Below are positions 25,890-39,900 of a stretch of 64,000 bases of DNA, in pieces. The notes beneath the pieces were generated by a model, which was not told the origin of the DNA, searched no databases, and saw nothing but the letters and a program-made list of their open reading frames with translations. Position numbers and translations under genes: made by a program. Within the stretch, counting starts at the first letter, position 1; the number at the start of each line of letters is the position of its first letter. Origin of the DNA: Welwitschia mirabilis (taxonomy: Eukaryota); contig JBOZIK010000001.1 of assembly GCA_051453625.1 (NCBI GenBank), positions 27,875,854-27,939,853 on the forward strand, given 5' to 3'.

Positions 25890-28800
25890 AAGAAATCTTA
25901 GTTTTATTTAGATGTTGGACTTCTACATAGTTTATAGTTTTAGTTTTTGTAATCTCATGATCAAAATAATTAGTTTCTAAATGATCATAGTTAAGTTGAT
26001 CATCATAAAAAAGCATTCAAGTTTTCTATTTCAAGTGGTCATCAAACAAGATAGGCTCATAAAGCATCAATTATTTTTCTTTAAGTAGATAATGCTATAA
26101 AAATAGACTAGGATTAATTTCTCATTTAATATTCAACTCATCATCTAAATGCTTTTTAGTATCATCAAATACTCTAATGGTAAACTTTTTATTTTCTAAG
26201 TGACATTCCATTATTCTAGTTCTAGTATTAATGATACAATGGACTATTGTATAGAAAGATCTACTTAGAAGTAATGGATAACCTCTATTATGCTCAACTT
26301 TAATCATAATTACATATATTGAATAGAATGCTTTTTTAATTTAAATCACTAAATCTTTATTCTAAAACAATCCTTATAGGCTCAATTCTACTTTTCAAAT
26401 TAAGTTATTGAATGATGTATAAAAGCATAATATTAACACTTGCTACTATATCAATTACACCTTTTTTTTATTCCCTTCTAATATAATACTAACTATTATT
26501 GCCCCTGGATCTTTAAACTTTGAATGTTTTTGTAATACTAAATTGTTTATAGATTGGGCTATGAAGAATTTACTAGGTATAGTTCGTATTTGTTTTCTCA
26601 TAATTACATCTTTTCACAATTTAAAATATTTAGGATTTTCTTGTAAAAGATTCCAAAGTGGTAAATTTTGCTTACATTTTCCATTAAGGTTTTAAGATTC
26701 TCATCAAAGATAGAATTGATGTTTAATCTATCAAGCTAAGTTATACCAGGTTTCTTACTTTTATCTTCAGAAGAATGTTTCTTATCATCATTTAAAGAAG
26801 AAGGGAAAATGTTTTTCTAAGATTTTAATATCCTCTTATTCTTTATTATTCTTATCATTTTGTAATGTTAAAGCCTTTTGGTAGGATGTGTTGTATCATT
26901 TTCACTTCTTTTTACATCCTTATAATTTTTTATTCTTTTTACTTTACTAGGATTGGATAAAGTTGTGTTGCAAGTGATCCTTATGATCTTTGATTAGTAA
27001 GCATAGTTTATTATAAGACATTAATAGGATTTTAAATGTTTGAATTTGTTTTATCTTAAGATTTTATTAACTCATCAAGGAAATTTCTAAGTGGATTATT
27101 TTGGCTTTATGAGTTTGATATGCTTACTTAATAATTTGTATTACTTGATTAGAAGTTTGAGTTATTTGTTTATAAGTTAGCATTCTCAAATCTATTTCTA
27201 AATGGTTGAAAATTTGGATGATTTTCTTGAAGGTTTTTAAATTTGATTTCAAAGGACTGAAAATTTGGTTGTTCATTTATCCTGGGTTGAAATTGATTTT
27301 AATTCTAATTTTGATTTTGTTTTTGATTTTGTTTTTTAAAGTTTGAAGACCTCTGATTGAATGCACATATCTCTTTATTAATATTTTATTTATAAGTTAG
27401 TAGTAAAGGATAATCTTTTATTATATGATAGTTGTCTTCATATAAATCATATGTTGGAACTACAACCACACTCTTTCCAGTTATTACCTTTACATCTAAA
27501 ATTTTTTAAGTGTATTTTTCTAGTGTTATAATAAAATCTTTAATAATATTTGTTGGTTTATTCTTCACTTTTACTTTCTCCTTTTTTTGTTTAACTTATG
27601 TAAGGTCTTTTATAATTTGGCCTACAGTTTGATTTTCTTTAGGTATAAACTTAAGACAAGTTTAACTTACTTTTACAAGTTCTTCCAATCATCTCTATAA
27701 ATTTATAAAGTTAAATTCATCAAATTTCCTCTACACGAAAAATCTATAAGTTGTCTTTTTTGACTATTAAGTCTACTATAGAAATAATTTACTAATTTTT
27801 CTTGAATAAAAGAATTTATAGGAATATAGTGTATGACAACTAAAAATAATTTATAAGTAGAGGCATAATCTTTGTTAGGTTGTTATTGGAAATTTATTAC
27901 TTATTTCTTTCTTTTTCTTATAACTGTTTCACTCATAAAGCTTTTTATAAATGCATATTGAACTTGGTATTATGTTTTCGAACTTTGGAATAGTTATTAA
28001 CCATAGTTTATATTTTTTTTAAAGTAATGGGAATGATAACCATATACATAAATTCACTAATTTGTTTTTTTACCATTTTCAGAAGTAAGTACTAATTTTT
28101 TTATCCAACTATATGTTGGTGATAATCTTTATTATTTTCTCTAGTAAAAATAGGATAATCATTTAAATTTCTTAACTCGACATCATCACTAGAAGATAGA
28201 TCAAAATAGGTTTAAATTTCATGTTTCTTATTTGCAATAAGTCCTTTAAGGATAAGATTAGGATTAGGATTTACATGGATAGTAATAGAGGTTCTAATAG
28301 TAATAGGAGGATTAGGTGAAGCAACCTATTTCTATTTTTCTGAGGAATTTAATATTTTAATAAAATGACTTTTTCTAAAGTATATTTTAAAAACTTTCTT
28401 TTGAAAAATTATATTTAAAAGTAATAAATGCAAAAAATATCTTCTTGTTTAACTCTTAAAATATTTTATGTACTTGAGGTATGTGTACTTAGGTTAGGTT
28501 CATAGCTAATCAAAACTTATCGAATGTTTTCTTTATTGAATAGCTATTCTCTTTGGTATTTTACCTTTTTACTAGAATTTACCACATCCAAACATGCTTA
28601 ATTTTGTTCTAAATGCATAATCTCTATGGGTATTCGAAAGATGTACCTAAATGATAACACACAAAAAATAATTCAAAAATGAAAAATGCAGAAAAATAGA
28701 ATTGTGTAATAACACAAAATAAAAATAAACAATCATCTATTGAATCATGCAAATGATAGAAGAGATAATGAGAAAATTATATTTTTTAATAAAAATAAAA

Positions 28801-30242
28801 AACCTAGATCAACAGGCTATCATTACCATACACCATCTAGGTAATAATGCAAATGAAAGGGTGTTTATTTTGGAATGTAAAATGAAAAATGTACAAAGAA
28901 AAACCTATATTTCTACTATAAAAATACAATGCTACTATGGAAAAATACAAGCACGCACTTAATCAATAAAAATCTTAATAACATTTCCAAAATGTTGTGG
29001 TGCATATTTGTGCAAATGTTACATCCTCAATTAAATCCTGTAAATTACAAATATATAGATTTTCCATAAGATAATACATTAATATAGATAGAAGCAACCC
29101 AAATATAATAATCTTGTTAAAAGCATAAGTGATAAGAAAGATAATTAATTTCAAAAATGAAACACTATGTATGCTTAAAGTAAAACAAAATAATAATGCA
29201 AATGAACACACTATATAAATGAAATGAAAAACTAAAGTAAATGCAACTTATATCTGATTACCAAATTAACCTATCATAGAGATTAGCCTTGTATAATCTA
29301 GATCAATCAAGAAAAGTCATTACCATATCAAGATCAACCTAAGCTATTAGATATGTCAAACAGATTATGAAAATAATGCAAGTTAATATAAGAAATAACA
29401 TGCAATGCATCTAAACTAATAATGTTAACCTTAATAAAGGTTGTCCTCATGATGTATATTACCAAGTAAGCTTTCACAAAATTAGGAGTAACATGAACCA
29501 TAAGATAGATGTACAAAATAAAATATATGAAAAAGAAATAGATTTTTAATTAAAAGTGAATCAACATCTATGTTATAAAGTAGCAATACCTCAATGAAGG
29601 ATACATAGAAAAATACCAAGGAAGATGTCTCTTTGTAATAATAATGAATGAAACACTGGCCCTTTGATCTTTTGTTATGAGATTTTTTTACGCAAAAAAA
29701 GATAAATAACATAGTTAAATATGGAGGTGGTATTTATTACAAATAGACTTTAAAATCACAAAAAAACATAGACGCACAAACAATCTAACAACTATAAAGA
29801 AGATATAAGCCATGTGGTTAGAGTTTAGTGAACTTTAGCAAAGTGTTTACCTTAGGTGTCATACTTCTAGTCTTTTAGATATTACATGAGATGATGCCAC
29901 ATCATATGAGTTTTAAATTAGCTATCAAATTGATTTATTCAGTTTCCTCCTTAGATTCTGTGTTTCTATTGTTTGTACCATTGTCCAGATGATGATGTGA
30001 ATGATAGATATTTACCAAGTATTCTATGTGCTATATTAACCTCTTTATTTGTAGGATTATTTCTTTAAATAGAAAGTATTGTAAATTGCTTCTAATGCTA
30101 TAACATTTAATTAAGATTGCATGTTTTTATGACATTTTCCTTACCTCTTTATTATCATTGAAACTTAGCATAAACCTATCTAATGTCTTATAAAACCTAA
30201 TCAAAATACCCTATCAAATACATACAATTTGGCAATGCAATA
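25890..30242 (-). mobile_element. 5' half of family A element: 5' LTR, PBS, gag, protease
   Basis: LTR 28993-30242, PBS-like TTTTGGAAATGTTATTAAG (28974-28992), gag similar to 11540-13400, protease VIDIVASVNI ~26430-26460 and ORF 26122-26307. Confidence 0.9.
28993..30242 (-). repeat. 5' LTR, family A (1250 bp); partner of 7172-8420
   Basis: TATTGCATTGCCAAATT...GCACCACAACA; near-identical length and collinear with 7172-8420; preceded by TATAC. Confidence 0.9.
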
Positions 30243-33190
30243 GTATATCCTTTATAACTCCTTCTATGATAACTTCTAATCCATATTCTAAGTAAACATT
30301 TCCTTGGTAAGGTATTAATTTTGGTTTTCCTAATTCTTCATAAGTTTCATAGGCCATACCAATAATACTTACTCCAAGATCTATAAGTGCCTCTACTTTG
30401 AGTTTTCCATCTATTTTTAAATTTATCATAGATGTTCTAGGATTAGTATAGTTTTCATGTTGTCTATTTTGAAGAACTTGCATGAAATACTAAAAAACTT
30501 TATCCTTCCTCACCATCTAAATGTGCTTTTCTTACTTACTCTCTTTTTTATTTTTGTATTTTGAGCACATAATTTTTATTACATCTTTCAATAATTTTAA
30601 TATAGATATTGATATGTTTATATCTTATAATATTCTTACTAAATATTCTATATCTTTTTCAACTTTTAGATATCCTATTTGTTTACTTTCTATTAGAAAT
30701 GATAAAGAATTTGCTAAGGTATTTCCACGTCAAGTGGTTACTACATTACTCATTACTTCTCTAGAATTTCATTGAGATCAAATAGCGATTTTTCCTTCTT
30801 TACTTTCTATTTTTGATTTTTCTTTTTAGTATTTTAAATCTTTGTTTTTTTAATTTTTATAATAATCATAGCAATCTTTCCTCTTTGATTTTATGTACCT
30901 TTGTAAATGTCTCTTTATTTTTTTCTTTCCTTTTTCTACTTTGATAAGGATTTAGTTTGTTTTTAGTTTGAGGTTGATTGCTAGGATTTAAATCCAACCT
31001 TTTTATATCTAACCATTAAACAAATTCTTACATCCAAAATATTCTATTTCATTATGATTATATTCTCTATAGTGTTTACACATAGGTCTTTCTTCCTCCT
31101 TAAAGTGTTGTATAGATAATAATCAAATTTTTCTACCATGCTATTACTCACTTTTTAAACTATTTCTTTCATAAGACTTATATGTTTTAATCTATACACG
31201 CTACCATCTAGTTCTATGGTATATATTACATTTACCTCCTTCTTATTTTTATTTTCTTAATCCCATCCTTAACTCATGTTATAAAACTAAGTAATGGCTT
31301 AACCCACTTCTTGAACATTCTTAGTTTTAATACTTTCTCTACATAACAAGTCTAATTCCTTCAATCAATGACTCTATAATCCTCTAAGTAAGGCTCTAAC
31401 TTGTTTCCTAGACATGATTCTATGATTAGGAAAATTAACTAACAATATGTTATACCTATACATGAATTCATTAAATCTTTCGTTATCTCTTTGTTTAACA
31501 TTCAAGATTTGTTCTCTTAAATCTTCAACATTCTTATGGATTGAATTTTAGCTAGAAATCATTTCTAAGTGTTCCTCATACACTAAAAGAATAATTATAA
31601 TTTGTATGATATCATAATTGAGCATCTCCTTTTAGAGGAAAAGGAAAATATCTGAAAAAGTTATATTTTGAGTTAAGATAATTAGCCTTACAACATGCAT
31701 CAAATAAGCTTAAGCATAATAGGGATTATTCTGAATTTTTACCTTCACAAGTGGGTATTGTGATGGTATTTATATTTCTTACTTTATTTGGTTACTGCAA
31801 TACTATAGGATTGATAGGACTTAAATCATCTAATTAGTGGATATCATGATTTAATGGTACTAAATCTGTATCATCTTTCTAATAACATCATATTACAATT
31901 CTTTCTTTTATGTTTTCTAATCTAAACTATTTGAGAATATTCTTCCAGTGAGTGGGGTGATGTAAGAATATCATACAATCAATACTTAAATTCACTCATC
32001 AATTTGGGATAGATTTGGTATTTTACCATATTTCCTACGATTACTTTATTTTCTATAGAATTATCTTCTTCTACCTATAATTTAATAGTACTTTTGGTCT
32101 ACTCATTGAGACCATATTTATGTGAATATTTAATGTACTTGCCTCTTTCATCTCACTATTTTTCTTAACTATCTTATTACATGACACTTTTTATCATCTT
32201 CACTAGTTGAATTTAGAGTAGCCCTCCTTCTAGTAATAAAATGATGGATGACTTATATGATGAATAAGTGCAAAAAGTATTAGAAAATAATACTAGAAAC
32301 TATAAAATAATGCTACAAAAATGTAGAAACTATGTTACTGCTAACCTAAAATAAGCACCCATCATTAAATGAAGATACATTAAACACTTACTAATAAACT
32401 AGTTGAGAATTAACCATTTAGTTTACAGGTCATCATCACAATAGTCTTTGATGATGTTACGTGAACTAGATAGGTTATTTATTAAAGCTTAATTATTATG
32501 TACATATATTACACTAAGGGGGAATAATGAAAGAAATAAAACATGATAAAACTTAAATAGGCTACTGAGTAATACTTATTTCTAAGTACTAGATCTATCC
32601 TAGTTTATGTTCAGTTACACAAACAAGAGCAAGATAAAAGTAATATTACTTTTTCAAGTAATAAAGGATCTATATAATGATACTCAAAATCTCTTTAGCT
32701 TTATATTAAAATACTAATCATTACATAAAGATTGAGATAACAACTATGTTCTTTTTTCTAGATAATACTATGAAGTGTAGAAAAATGTTGTTGATACCTT
32801 TGTAGGCAAGTTAGAGTTCCCTAACTTAACCTTCTTACTTATCTATTCCTAGAACATTTTTTCCAAAAATATTCCCATGTTTGTTGATGATCACATTCTT
32901 ATACCTTTGCTAATTTTTTTGTGTCCATTCTTTGCTCCTAAGGAATAGGTATATGGTTGGAGTTATCATGTTGATTCACTACCTTAGCCTTATTTCTTAT
33001 CTTCATGCCACTTAACATCTTGTACATAAAACACAATAATGAAATATATGCATAATAATCTACTAACATACTAACAAACTAACCTATCGATTAGTAAGCA
33101 TAAAGATAAATAAAAAGATCTATTTACTGATAAAATATATAATTGAGATAATGAAAAACACTTCATTAATAAAAAGTATTTACACAAAAT
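30243..33190 (-). mobile_element. 5' part of family B Gypsy element: partial LTR, PBS, gag, protease N-terminal half
   Basis: ORF 30214-30483 ALIDLGVSIIGM (protease); gag collinear with 40300-41820; LTR end ...CATCA at 32242. Confidence 0.85.
32222..32238 (-). promoter_or_regulatory. Primer binding site, tRNA-Asn type (decayed)
   Basis: + strand CCCTCCTTCTAGTAATA versus the plant tRNA-Asn 3' end CCCTCCTTCTAGCGCCA (recalled, not looked up); abuts the LTR end. Confidence 0.75.
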
Positions 33191-33244
33191 TCATTCTTAT
33201 CATATCATTTGAGTTTAAAAATTCATTCTTATCATATCATTTGA

Positions 33245-36041
33245 GATTATTTCTCTAAAGTGGTAGTTAAATTCTTAATCATAATGGTTGAATCAATTTT
33301 CTCTTCTTCTTTATTATGTTTTATTTTTTTAAGTTTTTTATGATTTGTTATATAATTTAATTTTCTTTAGAAGTTGTTTTAACATAGTTTGACTTATGTT
33401 AACTAGATCTTCCAATAATTTTTATACATAATCTAAGGTCAAGTTCATTAAATAACCATCATAAAAAACATCTTAAGTTATTTAATTTAACTAGTTTATC
33501 TATCATAGAAATCATCTATCAAGTCTTCTTTATAACATTGATTAATACGGTTACAATGAATAACTATGATGAATCACTCATATGTTATGGCATAATTCTT
33601 TTCAAGTTATTATTGATAGTTTGTAACTTTCTTCCTTGTTTTTCTTATGGTACTTTTACTCAAAACATTTTCCAAAAAAAACTTTTTGAACTTAATGTCA
33701 TAACTTAATACTTTTATGTAAAATGATTTTAACCCAAAGTTTTGCTTTTTCTCTAAGTATAAGAGAAAAGATAACCATGTAAATATAATTACTAATACTT
33801 TTTTTTACCATTTCTTGAGGTAAGCACAAGTTGTTTAATGTCAATCAGATATTAAAAAGGGTCCTATTTAGGTTCCCTAAAAAATGTTGAAGATGTACTT
33901 AAATTTCTTCATTCTACATAATCACCAAAGGGTAAATCAAAAGGATTTTAGATTTCACATTTTCTACTAGGAATTAGATCTCTAAGCATAGAATTTGTAT
34001 TTAAAGTAAAAGTTACTATCTTGATTAGTGCACTAAATGAAGTAACTTATTTTTGTTTTTATGATTATTTTAATATATATGAAAAGAAATTAAATGATAT
34101 ACTTGTATGCTATTATTTTCATAATTTTCTTTTAAAAATTTAACTTTGAATTAATAAAAGTATAAAAATATTCTTATTCAACTCTTAGAATTTATGTACC
34201 TAAGTTATGTATGCCTAGGTTTTACTTAAATTCAAAAAACCCTTCTCTTATGTTTTCTATAATTAAGTTCTACTATTTTTGATATTTCATCTTTTTACTA
34301 GAATTCATCATGTTCCTACATACTCATATAAAAAACATAATGGTTTTTATCTTATACATTGTTTAGATGATATAGAAGATAAGCAATAGATATATTATTT
34401 AGAAATTAAAAAAAGACGATTATGAAAAAGAAGATAAAAATTAAAGAAAAACTACTAAGATTCATCTGCTTAGGTATCTAGATGACAAAATTGATGATGT
34501 ACTCTTCATTATGCTACCAAAAATCAGAAAACATTATTGCTAAAGTAAAAGAAAAACATATAATACAAATCATCATCTACCTAGGCATGGAGATGAAAAA
34601 GAGGATAATAGAACTTATTAATGCTATAAAAATGAAAATTTGTAGAAAAATAAACCTATAGAAACTAGAATAGAAATAAAATACTATTTCAAATAAATAA
34701 CCTAAACCAAAGTCTGAGATACNNNNNNNNNNNNNNNNNNNNNNNNNNNNNNNNNNNNNNNNNNNNNNNNNNNNNNNNNNNNNNNNNNNNNNNNNNNNNN
34801 NNNNNNNNNNNNNNNNNNNNNNNNNNNNNNNNNNNNNNNNNNNCTTGTAGAAAAACACACACTAATATAGAAAAGAATTACCTAAATATCATAACTTATT
34901 AAAGACACTAGGCTAGAAGTTAGAAAATTTATTTTAACCAAGTTGTTTTAGTATTTTTTTCTTTAACTAAATAAAAATAAGAAATAATTCAAACATAATA
35001 TAAGATGAATGATCATGAAATACAAATGAATGAAATGAAAGTGTAATAAATCTATTTGAATTTCAATCCTTCTATTATAAAGATCAATACTTAGATCAAT
35101 TAGTAATAGTTATTACTTATCCTTAATCAAAATAAGTTATAAGATACATCAAATAGAATATGAGTAAATGTAAGTATGAAAATGAAATAAAAGGAAATTC
35201 AATATAAGATCCAAACTAATAATGTCAATCTTAATAAAGATTAACCTTATGATCTAAGATAAACTATAAAGCTATCATAAAATCATAATCAACTTAAACC
35301 ATAAGAAAGGTTTACATAATATAAGTAAAAAAGAGTTCTTGTATTTATCATAAATTAACATTCACTTATAAATAAATCAGTAACACCTCAATTGATTATT
35401 CTTAGCCCAACATTAAGAAAAACTTCTTTCTATAGCTATGAATGGACCTCTTATCCTTTAATCTCCAAATGTAATAATTTTTAGTGCAAAATATGAAATT
35501 GGAAGTGAACACAAGGGGGGTATACATAGTTCTACATTGAAGTTTCTAGAAGCAGAACCCTAGAAGATTGAGAAAAAACCCTAGTAATCCACATGAGGCA
35601 TGTGACCCCATTACAAAGATAACTCATTTTCATTCATATAAGATAGTAATTATTTTTACTAATGTTTAGATGATACTAGGGATGCAATAATAGAGGAGTC
35701 ATTAGCTTTTAATCGTATAGTCAGCCTCATATTCAGTTCTATAAGTTTAGTTCATGTTAGCATCAATATCGTCATGTGTGTTATCTCGATGATGAGAGAG
35801 ACAATAGGCTTTTTAAATCTTCTAGCTAAGAGAAATTAACCTCCAAAATCATTATCTTCTTCTCAAAATGCTAAGTATCAGAATCTATTTGAAGTACCTT
35901 CACATATACCCAGAATTGCATGTTTCCATGATCATCTTATTGATTCTTCATAATCATTAGAATTTCATATAAATCTATCTAGATATCCTATGACAGTACT
36001 CAAAATACTATATCAAATACATATAATTTCATATTACAATA
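33245..36041 (-). mobile_element. Truncated family A element: 5' LTR (34845-36041), 5' UTR and N-terminal gag
   Basis: LTR homologous to 9820-11070; 33245-34320 homologous to gag 11540-12600; LTR end and PBS hidden in the gap 34723-34843. Confidence 0.85.
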
Positions 36042-36984
36042 CATTTCAATAGAAAAAATAGGGTATCTAGCCCTTCTCAAAATTAAGTTGCTTTAGTAAA
36101 GTGGTTTATTTCTTTGATTTAAGTAGTTTGAGAAAGGTGTTTGTTATGTTTCTTAGTAATGATGTACTAAATTTCTTTATCTAATAAAGGTTTTGTTTAT
36201 TATTTTATTAAAAATAAACCTATTTTATAACTATTTTTATTTGCTTATGCTCATATCAATTTCATTAAATGAAACTCATACTAAACAACTTATCAAATTA
36301 TTAAGATAAATCTAAATGATTTTAAAACTATGAAGCTTTACTCTTTGTAAAAATGGAATTTGATGATTATGCATGATATTTAATTTAAAATCTTTGGATT
36401 CATATTCATTCAAATGTTAAAATAAGATTCTCTCTTCTTTTTTTTTTGTTTTTTTAATAAGTTGTAATATATAGTTATAGCCTTAGTAACTAGATGTGCC
36501 TCTTATAACTCCTAGGACATCATTATTTCTCAAATTTATTGTCACAAGTTAAATTTTTAACTATAATAAGGAGAGTGTAAATGCTATTATAAGAGTAAGG
36601 TTCCACGAAATTTTCAAAATCTAAATCAACATTAACTAATCTGTTAGTGAAGTTCTCATAGCTACAATATTACACTACCAAAGGCCTTTCTTATATTATC
36701 ATAGAACATTATTTTTTTAAATAAATATATTCATCAGAAGATACTTTATTATGTGATGGAACATATCTCCTAAATCTTCTTAATAAAGATAATGCACCAT
36801 CTTCTATTAAAGACTTATCAAGTCACTTCTTATTTTAGAATTATTAAATTTATATTTAAAAATCTAATAAATTGATAGCTTGAATAATCTATAAGGAAAT
36901 CATGTATCCTTCATTATCTAATCTAAATTTTTTTTATTTTATAAATAGAGTATCAGTATTCTTTTCATCCTATTAGGGTTTCCT

Positions 36985-39900
36985 AAATATTGAAGTAAAG
37001 ATTTATGATCATAATACATTTTTAATCTCTATCCATTTACTTGGTAAGTTATCTTTTCATTAAGATCATATAAATATATGGTTTTATCTCCTAAAATTTT
37101 TGTTATGCTATAAGGTCTAGTTAATTTTGTTCATATTTCTATTTTCAATGAATATTTCTAGGATCATAGATTAGTATAAAATATTCTATATTAAAATTGA
37201 CTTTTCTAATTTTATTATCATGAAATTTTCTAGTTTTATGTTGTATAAGTTCTTTACACAACAGAGCTTCTTTATATTTTCATCCAAAATAGTTATGTTT
37301 CCTATCCATTCTTCTTAAGCTATATCCAAATTACACTTTGATTCTTTTGACCATTTTAAAGGTCTTTAATCTAAATTCAATTAACAAAATATCTCTTTTT
37401 TTATAGACTAATTTATATGATGTAAATCCTAACAAGACCAAAAAGCTTTATTTACTTTTTCAGCCTCATTTTTCTTCTTAATATTTATGAAGTTTGTTAA
37501 TATTTTATTAATTTCTCTATTAGTTACTTTAGCTTGGCCATTAAATTAAGGATGATAGGTAGCAGAGAGTTTGTAATGGATTTTGTATTTAATTAAGAGT
37601 TTCTTGAAAATTTCACTAGTAAAATAAGATTGTTTATTAGATATAAGACTTTGAGAAACTTCAAACTAATAGATAATATTCCTAAGGAAAAGGGTAATTA
37701 TAGTCTGGAAAGAATAGTGACATATAACCTCAGCCTTGACCTACATAGTGAAGTAATCAATATAGATCAAAATATATTTTTTTTCCATAGGAGAAAGTAT
37801 TTATAGATCTAATGAAATAGATCCCATAAACATCAAAAGGTTTAATTAACTGAATCCATTATTATAACATTTCTAATTTCTAGTTAAATGCTCCTTCTTT
37901 TTGATATTTATCATAACTTTAAACATAAGCATTTCAATCTTTGAATATTATGTGTTAGTAATATCCCATATGAATAATTTTTATCCACATTCTTCATGAA
38001 TCATAATGTCCTCCTCCTCCACCCTTATAAGCTTCCTTCAGAATTTTCTTTTACAAATTTTTCTTCCACACATCTTCTAATAATATGATTTTTACATCTT
38101 CTAAATAACATATTATCATGTTACATCTAGTCTTTAGACTCCCTTAACAGTATTTTTCTTTCATAATAATTCATAAAATATGGTAATTTCTTACTTATAA
38201 CAAAATTTTCTATGTTAGAATACCATGGACTAGTTGTGACTTGAAAGAGATATTCATGTGGAAATCCATCTCTTATATTTATTTGTTCCTCATCATAAAA
38301 TTATAATCTTGAGAGATCTACTACTAATTTTTTTGTCCCTCTTCTATTAATAATCTTTAAGTTAAATTCTTACATTAATAATATCTATCTTATAAATCTT
38401 GAATTAGCTTCTTTTTTATTTATCAAAAATCTAACAGCACTATGATCTATATGAATTTTTACTTCATAATATAAATTATAATGATTTAATTTTTTTAGTA
38501 TCATTACTACTACTAAAAACTATTTCTTAATTATTGTATAATTTTTTTGAGCTAGTTTAAAGTTCTTACTGAAATAGGAAATATTATATGGTTTATTATT
38601 TTCATTTTTTTACCCTAAAATGTCTCCCATACCATAACTAGATATGTCAGTCATAATGTGAAATGGTCTTATTCAATTAGATCCCTATAAAATGGGTGCT
38701 GATAAGAGTTTCTATTATAAAGTTTGATAGAGATTTTAACATTAATTTCTCTAATTATATTCTGTATCTTCTTAAAAAAAGGTTACTTAAATGTTTAGTG
38801 ATTTTACTAAAGTTAGATATAAATATTTTATAATATCCAATATGTCTTTAAAAAGATCTTAACTCTTTTAGTTTGACTGAGGGTAAAATATCTTTTATAT
38901 CCTTAATTTTTTGTTCATCAATCTTAATATCTTTTTGAGATATTCTATGTTTTAAAACTATGCCTTTTGTCATCATAAGGTGATTTTTGAATAGCTAATT
39001 TTTAGGTGTTTCTCTTTACATATTTATAAAACTCTTTTTAATTTGTTAAGTAACTTATAAAATTATTTAGAAATTTTGAAAAATCATCGATAGATAGTTT
39101 AATAGAACTTCCTATCATATCTTTAAAAATACTATGTAATAATTTTTGGAAGGTAGTAGGGGCATTATATAACCCATATGGTAATACTTGTTAGGCATAA
39201 GTACCCTAATAATAAGTAAACATTATCTTGACTTAATCATTTACAACTATTAAAATCTAATTATATCCACTATATCCATTAAGAAATCTATAGTACTAAT
39301 GATCAAATACCTTTTTCAAAACTTAATCTATAAATGGAAGGAAAAAATGATCTTTATAAGTTGCTATTTTCAACAACAAAAAATATATACATACTCTTCA
39401 TTTATTTCCTTTCTTTGATACCACTATAATAGGATTAATCTATTCTAAATCAGATATAGGATAGATAAGTCTAACATCCAAGAGTTTATAAATTTTTATT
39501 TAATTATTTCTTGCATATGTGAATTACATCTTCTTTCTAACTATCTGCTTGCCTTAATAGAAGTATTTCAATAAATTCTATGTTAACATATTTTTAGATC
39601 TATTTTCTTTATATTAGCATGATTAAAAGAAAAATATTTTTTTCTTCTAATTAGCATTATTTTAAGCTTTCCTTTTTGAGAACGTATTAAAGAACTATTT
39701 ATAATTAAATTTCTATTTATAGCTACTTCAATATACTCTAATCATTTATTAAGGAAAGGTTTTTCTATTTCTTGTGATGCTAAACTTTCTTCTTTATACT
39801 TTAATTCATTTTGCTTATTTAACATCATATTAATCTATTATGTTAGAATTGCATTAATTTTAGCTTCTATATTATATGCCATCTTCTTAATAACTACTAC

